A stretch of DNA of 30,746 nt from the IMG/VR virus record IMGVR_UViG_3300024038_000024, positions 1 through 30,746 of that record; one strand, written 5' to 3'. Positions 26,041 to 30,746 of this stretch are shown piece after piece; positions within the stretch are counted from its first letter, which is position 1, and every line of letters begins with the position of its first letter. The translations under genes were made by a program, and so were the position numbers. The DNA is from a virus. Taxonomy: Duplodnaviria; Caudoviricetes. The notes under the pieces were generated by a model. It was given only the letters and a program-made list of their open reading frames with translations, was not told the origin of the DNA and did not search any database.

Positions 26041-26579
26041 TTCACGGCCCTCTTGGCTGCGACGATGGCAAGGGCTGCGCGCTTGCGCGCGGCCACGGAG
26101 GCGCCGGACGTGGCGAGACATTCGAGGGTGATGCCGTAGGACTTGGCGATCTGCACCGCGCGCGGGTGCGCGGGCGTGGCGACGATGCTGCACTCGATGA
26201 GATCGAGGTCGGACCAGTGGATCCCGCCTTGCGGGTTCTCGATCCCCTTGGCCCGAAAGCCGATCGAGGCCCCGAGCGGGACGCCGTCACTGATGAGCTG
26301 GCGCACCATTTGGCCAAGCTGCGTGCCGGCGAGCGTGAGGCCGCCCACAAGCTTGTCGGTGCGACGGGTGAGCTCCGACCAGGCGCCGATGATCTTGCTG
26401 GTGTCGTGATTGAACAGCGCGATCAGCGGGGCGCCCTTGGAGGCGATGGCGTCGAAGCTCGCGGGGTCGATCGTGTCGCGGACGCGATCGGGAGATGCGG
26501 CGGACATGACGAAGCGGGCATCGAATCGCCCGCTGTCCGCCTTCTCGATGGTGACACTATCCCAGCGGCGGTGATCCAT
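26037..26579 (-). CDS. HK97-family prohead protease
   Basis: DRVRDTI, LFNHD, ASIGF, LIECSIVATPAHPRA. Confidence 0.92.
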   Translation of the reverse strand: MDHRRWDSVTIEKADSGRFDARFVMSAASPDRVRDTIDPASFDAIASKGAPLIALFNHDTSKIIGAWSELTRRTDKLVGGLTLAGTQLGQMVRQLISDGVPLGASIGFRAKGIENPQGGIHWSDLDLIECSIVATPAHPRAVQIAKSYGITLECLATSGASVAARKRAALAIVAAKRAVK

Positions 26580-26743
26580 GGTGGCCCCCAGACGGGGCGC
26601 CACCGGTTTCCGCCTGGCGGCGGTCGGCTTTACGCGCGGGATTGGATGGAGACGGGCCGCCCTTGCGCTGCTCTTCGCGCTCGTCTTTGCCGGGACGCTG
26701 ATACACGAGGGGCATGGCGGGGGGCCTGCTGGAAACTGGCTGA

Positions 26744-26783
26744 AGTCTGGTCAGCGGATTTGCAATAGTCAAGGGCTATTGAC
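26744..26783 (-). promoter_or_regulatory. Candidate sigma70 promoter/operator for the head genes
   Basis: TTGACT (26767-26772), 17 bp, CAGACT (26744-26749) on the minus strand; overlapping inverted repeats CAATAG/CTATTG and GTCAA/TTGAC. Confidence 0.45.
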
Positions 26784-26786
26784 GAC

Positions 26787-28439
26787 TCATCCGATCATAG
26801 CTGCGACATCAAAGGAAGGCGTCGCCCCTTCCGAGACCTGGAAGGCCGCCATGACGGCAGCGACCGCGGGGTCGATGCGCTGCGTGCTCTTGTTCTTCAC
26901 GAGCTTCACGTTGTCCGCCGGATCGCGCGCGGCCACCGCGGCAGCGAATGCCATGTTGAGCAGGGGGTGCCCACCGTGACGCAGGCGGCCCGATTCGACC
27001 AGGACCTCGAAGCCCTTGCAGCGAGGTGACATGTCGCGCCACCCCTGGCCGCATTCGATCCATTCGGCGCTTTGCGCGAAGCGCTCCGAGTCCGCGGCCT
27101 TGCGGAAGTGCGAGATCCCCCAGCGGTCATAGATGAGCCAGGCGACCTCGATGCCCAAACCCTCAAGCGTGGTGCGCAGGTGCCCTGCGATCTGCTCGTA
27201 GTCCATGACGCGACCGCCCAGGGGGACCATGAGGCCCTGCTTGACCCACACGTCATAGGGTGCGCGATCGCGGAGTGCGCGTTCCTTGATGCCGAGTGTC
27301 GGGCAATAGACAAAGGGCAGCAGGTGCACCACGCCTTCCTCATCGCGTGCGGCGGCGACAGCGGCCGTGAGGTCATTGCGCGAGGAGAGGTCGAGGCCTA
27401 GGGCGACGGGGCAGCGCCGGAAGACGTCGAGGTCGATCTTGCCGCTGCACTCGCGCCACGGGGTCGGCGCCATGAAGGCGGCCACCAGTGACACCCGCTG
27501 GTTGAGGCACAGATTGCGGAAGCTGCTCTCGGCTGTCGGCATGCGTGAGGCGCGCTTGGCCTGCTCGCGCAGGTCGGCCCTCGAGCGAAAGCTCGCCGGG
27601 TTCGCAGCGTCCCAGGCGTTCTCGTCCAGGAGGTCGCAGTTCGCCGGCGCGGTATAGAGGTGGCACACGACCTGGTCGGAGGGCGAGCGGATCGCGTCGT
27701 CGATCTGGATCGACAGCCAGTCGGCATCGGTGGCCGCCTGCGTCGAGATCACGATCGCGAGCGGATCCGCGTGCGCACCCTGGGACGAAAGCAGCGCGTC
27801 GATGAAGGGATGCTCGGGCCCGCGTACCTGGCCCCACTCGTCACCGACGAGCACGAGTGGTGAGAGTCCCATCGCAGTGGTCGCGGCCGCCGCGAGCGGA
27901 CGGAACTCGCAGCCATTGCCAGGGATGCTGATCACCTTCTGCGATGTCTGGATCCGCGTCACCGCGCGCAGCGCGGGCGAAAGGTTGATCGCCTTGGCCA
28001 TGTAGTCGAAGACGAGTGCTGCCTGATCGCGGGAGAGGGCGCCGCTGTTGAGCTTTGCGTTGCGCACCACCAGCCCGCGCATGAAGAGGAACGCCAGCAG
28101 CAGCGCAGCGATGAGGCCTGTCTTTCCGTTCTTGCGCGCGATGGAAAGGATGGCGCGTCGCGGGCGCACCTTGCCATCGAAGAGCGAGAGCACGAAGGCC
28201 TCCTCGAAGAGGTCCAGCCGCATGGGCTCGCCGACGCGCGCGCCTTCGGGCGTCACCACGAAACGCTCGATCCACCAGCACACCCGCTCGCCCAGGGAGA
28301 GCTCCTCGTGCGGCAGGCCTCGCCAGTGGCGTAGCTTCGGGACGTGTCCGGACTTGATCGCGGTCCGGATCTCGGGAGGCAGGGGCCGCGGGCTACCCGG
28401 TACCGGTGGCGCCGTACGCCGCTGCGCGTTACTCGTCAT
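26787..28439 (-). CDS. terL: Terminase large subunit (HK97/cos type)
   Basis: Walker A IARKNGKT, Walker B LVLVGDE, ISTQ coupling motif, nuclease GLDLS..NDLTA and RIDPAVA. Confidence 0.96.
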   Translation of the reverse strand: MTSNAQRRTAPPVPGSPRPLPPEIRTAIKSGHVPKLRHWRGLPHEELSLGERVCWWIERFVVTPEGARVGEPMRLDLFEEAFVLSLFDGKVRPRRAILSIARKNGKTGLIAALLLAFLFMRGLVVRNAKLNSGALSRDQAALVFDYMAKAINLSPALRAVTRIQTSQKVISIPGNGCEFRPLAAAATTAMGLSPLVLVGDEWGQVRGPEHPFIDALLSSQGAHADPLAIVISTQAATDADWLSIQIDDAIRSPSDQVVCHLYTAPANCDLLDENAWDAANPASFRSRADLREQAKRASRMPTAESSFRNLCLNQRVSLVAAFMAPTPWRECSGKIDLDVFRRCPVALGLDLSSRNDLTAAVAAARDEEGVVHLLPFVYCPTLGIKERALRDRAPYDVWVKQGLMVPLGGRVMDYEQIAGHLRTTLEGLGIEVAWLIYDRWGISHFRKAADSERFAQSAEWIECGQGWRDMSPRCKGFEVLVESGRLRHGGHPLLNMAFAAAVAARDPADNVKLVKNKSTQRIDPAVAAVMAAFQVSEGATPSFDVAAMIG

Positions 28440-28887
28440 GGGGCGGGGCGACGTCCAGGTAGAAGCCGTCGTCAGACGCGCCCACTGCCTCGGCCTGCGC
28501 CATGCGTTTTCGCTCCGCCTGGCCGTCGCCCCGGTCCAGGGGCGCCAACATCATTGCCAGCGGTCGCAGGAGCGCGAGTTGTAGGCGAATGAGGTGAGCC
28601 TGGGTGTAGATGCTGGGGTGCTGTCGCTCGACGCCCCGGGCGTCACGCAGCAGGATGCCGTCCCGCGCGATGCGGCGCCGGTGCGCTGCGATATCGGCCT
28701 CGAGCTCGCAAACCTTCGCGACGGTCACGAGCTCGGCCGGGAGCCAATCCATCGCATGGCGGCCGCAGGTGAAGACCGGCCAGTACTTCGCCGCGGCTTT
28801 GGTGAGCGTCACGTAGGGCGGTACCGGGACGCCACCGAGCGCGGCAGGCGGTGCGACAAGCTTAAGCGACGACTTTACCTTCGGCAT
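28429..28887 (-). CDS. terS: Terminase small subunit
   Basis: PPYVTL..AAKYW, I..DG.L...G...HP pattern; immediately upstream of terL. Confidence 0.82.
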   Translation of the reverse strand: MPKVKSSLKLVAPPAALGGVPVPPYVTLTKAAAKYWPVFTCGRHAMDWLPAELVTVAKVCELEADIAAHRRRIARDGILLRDARGVERQHPSIYTQAHLIRLQLALLRPLAMMLAPLDRGDGQAERKRMAQAEAVGASDDGFYLDVAPPHDE

Positions 28888-28915
28888 GATCCTACCTAGG
28901 TCATCCGGGGGCGTT

Positions 28916-28992
28916 TTTCAAGGAATTTGAGGGAAAACGATTTGGGCGGCCGGTGATCTGGAGGGGCGAAAATTCTTGCCCCTCCCCCCCCG
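28916..28992 (-). other. Candidate cos region
   Basis: Upstream of terS; minus-strand G-run followed by CGGCCGCCCAAA (28941-28952), resembling the HK97/HK022 cohesive end as I recall it (CGCCGCCAAA); 8-bp IR 28960-28967/28978-28985; weak IHF-like TTTCAAGGAATTT at 28916-28928. Confidence 0.5.
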
Positions 28993-29080
28993 CCGTGACC
29001 CCTCGGGCCTCGCGGTGGCGCGCGTCGTCTATAACGAGCAGGGCATGCCCCATCTCATCCACCACCCATCGACGAAGCCC

Positions 29081-29428
29081 ATGCTCACACGAACGCTCCT
29101 TGCATCCATCCTCGCTTGCGCCCTGGTCGTGGGTTGCGCCACGCCGCAGAGTGCGCGCACCGGTCCGCCGGCCTACACCTCGACCAGCGCGAAGCCAGCG
29201 GTCGAGGTCTTCGAATGCATCGCCAACGCGTGGGAGGCGCAGGGGCATGCGTCCGAGATGAACACTCGACCGACCTCAGTCGGGTACACGCTCACGCTCG
29301 CGCGTATCGCGAACACGCTCGCGGTCGTGGATGTGCTCAAGGCCGAGACGGGCTCGACCACCAATCTCTACTGGGGCTCGATCCTTGGGGGTGGTGAGTT
29401 GAAGGATGCCGTGCAGCACTGCCAGTAA
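29081..29428 (+). CDS. Lipoprotein moron (115 aa)
   Basis: MLTRTLLASILACALVVG-C lipobox; two further Cys; antisense to the packaging genes; TATAAC at 29030-29035. Confidence 0.8.
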   Translation: MLTRTLLASILACALVVGCATPQSARTGPPAYTSTSAKPAVEVFECIANAWEAQGHASEMNTRPTSVGYTLTLARIANTLAVVDVLKAETGSTTNLYWGSILGGGELKDAVQHCQ

Positions 29429-29438
29429 GGGCATGGGG

Positions 29439-29732
29439 TTACCAGCCCTCGGGCAGGCCTGAGGGCGGGAGCATGTCCCTACCCGTGGCCTCGGCCGCCT
29501 GCTTGTGCGCGTTGTGGCAGTGAGTGCAGAGCGCCCATAGGTTGGTGCGCTCGAGCGCGAGGTCGGGACGCAGACGCCTGCGGACCTTGTGGTCCACCGT
29601 GTTGGCCTTGAAGCCGCGGATGTCCGCACCGCAGAGCTCGCATCGGTAGCCGGCTTCCCGCAGGACGCGGGCGCGCATGGCCTTCCAGGCAGGGGATTGG
29701 TAGAACGGATCGCCGGGCATGGTGCCCGGCAT
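29439..29732 (-). CDS. HNH endonuclease (HK97 gp74-like terminase cofactor); start may be 29720
   Basis: FYQSPAWKAMR..VL...YRCELC...VDH...NLWALCTHCHN. Confidence 0.92.
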   Translation of the reverse strand: MPGTMPGDPFYQSPAWKAMRARVLREAGYRCELCGADIRGFKANTVDHKVRRRLRPDLALERTNLWALCTHCHNAHKQAAEATGRDMLPPSGLPEGW

Positions 29733-29756
29733 GCTACGCCGGCGAGGGGTGCCGGG

Positions 29757-30746
29757 TCAGTCGAGGCGTTGCGCCACGCTGGCCATGTCCTCTTCGTAGT
29801 AGATCATCAGCATCTTGAGGTCCTTGTGACCAGTGATCCGGGCGAGGGTGAGGACATCCACCTTCTTGGACAGGCGAGAGGTCGCCTCGCGACGGGAGTC
29901 GTGGAAGTGGAGGTCGTCGATCATTGCCCGCGTCCTGCCCTTGCGGAAGAGTGCGTCACACGAGGCCGAGACCACGCCAAAGAAGCGGCCGTCCTCTTCA
30001 CCGGGCAGCTGGCGCAAGAGCGCGATCGCGCGCGAGCTCAGCGGCACCGTGCGCGCGGATCCGTTTTTCGTCTTCGGCAGGAAGGCCGTGCGCTTCTCGA
30101 AGTCGACCGCGTCCTTCGTGAGGGACAGGATCTCGCCCTGGCGCATAGCTGTCTCAATGGCGAAGTGGAAGGCGACGGCCACCTGGGCGCCGTACGATTC
30201 CGCGAGCTCACCTTCGGCATAGCCGAGGCAGACGCTGATGCGCTCGAGCTCGTCAGCGGCGACGCGCCGGCGGCGGTGTTCGGGTTGCTTCGGACGGGTT
30301 ACGTCCTTGAGCGGGTTGGCGTCTAGCCACTTCCATTCCTTGCGCGCGACGTTGAGGACGGAATTGACCAGGTTCATGTCGCGCAGCACCGACCCGGGCG
30401 AAACCTCCTCGAGGCGATTGCTGCGCCACTCGGCTAGGACGGGCGTGGTGAGTTCGGTCAGCAGGCGATTGCCATCAGGACCGCCAAGCTCCCGAAGGAT
30501 CGCCACCAGGCGCACGCGCTCCCAGCGCTCGCCGCGCTTCGTGGATGAGACCTCTTCGGCATAGCGCTCGAAGGCCTCGGCCACCGTCTTTCTCGGAAGT
30601 GTGCTCGGCGCGGTTTGGGCGACGGCCTCCTTCTCGGTTGCCCAGGCGCGAGCCTGTGCTTTCGTCGCGAAGACCTTCGATTCCGAGACGCCATTGCGGC
30701 GGACCCGTGCGAGCCAGCCACCGGGCCGTTGTGCAAATGAAGCCAC
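29757..30746 (-). CDS. int: Tyrosine recombinase/integrase (Rci/HP1-like subgroup)
   Basis: ETAMRQGEI, KTKNG, FHDSRREATSRL, LARITGHKD..ML..YY catalytic motifs; N-terminal W.ARVRRNG...SKVF.TKAQA.AW. Confidence 0.95.
   Translation of the reverse strand: MASFAQRPGGWLARVRRNGVSESKVFATKAQARAWATEKEAVAQTAPSTLPRKTVAEAFERYAEEVSSTKRGERWERVRLVAILRELGGPDGNRLLTELTTPVLAEWRSNRLEEVSPGSVLRDMNLVNSVLNVARKEWKWLDANPLKDVTRPKQPEHRRRRVAADELERISVCLGYAEGELAESYGAQVAVAFHFAIETAMRQGEILSLTKDAVDFEKRTAFLPKTKNGSARTVPLSSRAIALLRQLPGEEDGRFFGVVSASCDALFRKGRTRAMIDDLHFHDSRREATSRLSKKVDVLTLARITGHKDLKMLMIYYEEDMASVAQRLD

Larger units (their letters stand above)
1..30746. mobile_element. Temperate siphovirus (HK97-fold, cos-type packaging) genome or prophage; att sites not visible
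   Basis: Contiguous integrase, packaging, head, non-contractile tail, replication and recombination modules with tightly coupled ATGA/GTGA gene overlaps; no host genes recognised. Confidence 0.95.

Noticed and set aside
26557-26772. 71-aa (or 52-aa) minus-strand ORF between terL and protease
   Set aside because: Low-complexity sequence with no clear RBS, and its TTG start coincides with a -35-like box; not supported enough to call
1-30746. tRNA, rRNA, CRISPR array, introns or inteins
   Set aside because: Intergenic gaps are short with no cloverleaf or repeat-spacer pattern; terminase, portal and capsid have normal lengths

Overview
The window looks like one compact (~30.7 kb), GC-rich temperate siphovirus genome or prophage, trimmed exactly at a stop codon (position 1) and at the integrase start codon (position 30746). 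Almost everything is on the minus strand. From right to left: Rci/HP1-like tyrosine integrase, HNH endonuclease, an antisense lipoprotein moron, candidate cos, terS, terL, prohead protease, major capsid, small protein, portal (after the capsid), collagen/CBM-like protein, neck genes, tail tube, tail chaperones with a -1 slippery site, HK97 gp10-like gene, tape measure, distal tail, DUF1833-like, NlpC/P60, central tail fibre, S74-chaperoned fibre, two small genes and a Xis/AlpA-like HTH gene. A 7-gene plus-strand accessory operon (7063-9853) begins with a YkgJ/FliB-type Cys-cluster protein. It diverges from a minus-strand early operon (second Xis/AlpA-like HTH, Rep with internal iterons, RusA, YqaJ exonuclease, divergent annealing protein, a chimeric DNA methyltransferase/zinc finger, small genes). 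I recognise no CI/Cro repressor, Q antiterminator, endolysin or holin. The most notable features are (i) a possible CI-less control circuit with two Xis/AlpA-type proteins and 10-bp-phased GTC arrays in front of three non-late transcription units, (ii) the integrase sitting directly ahead of the packaging genes where lysis genes usually are, (iii) the MTase-zinc finger chimera, and (iv) related RNA hairpins after the capsid and tail-tube genes. All family calls come from motif recognition by eye; no database search was run.
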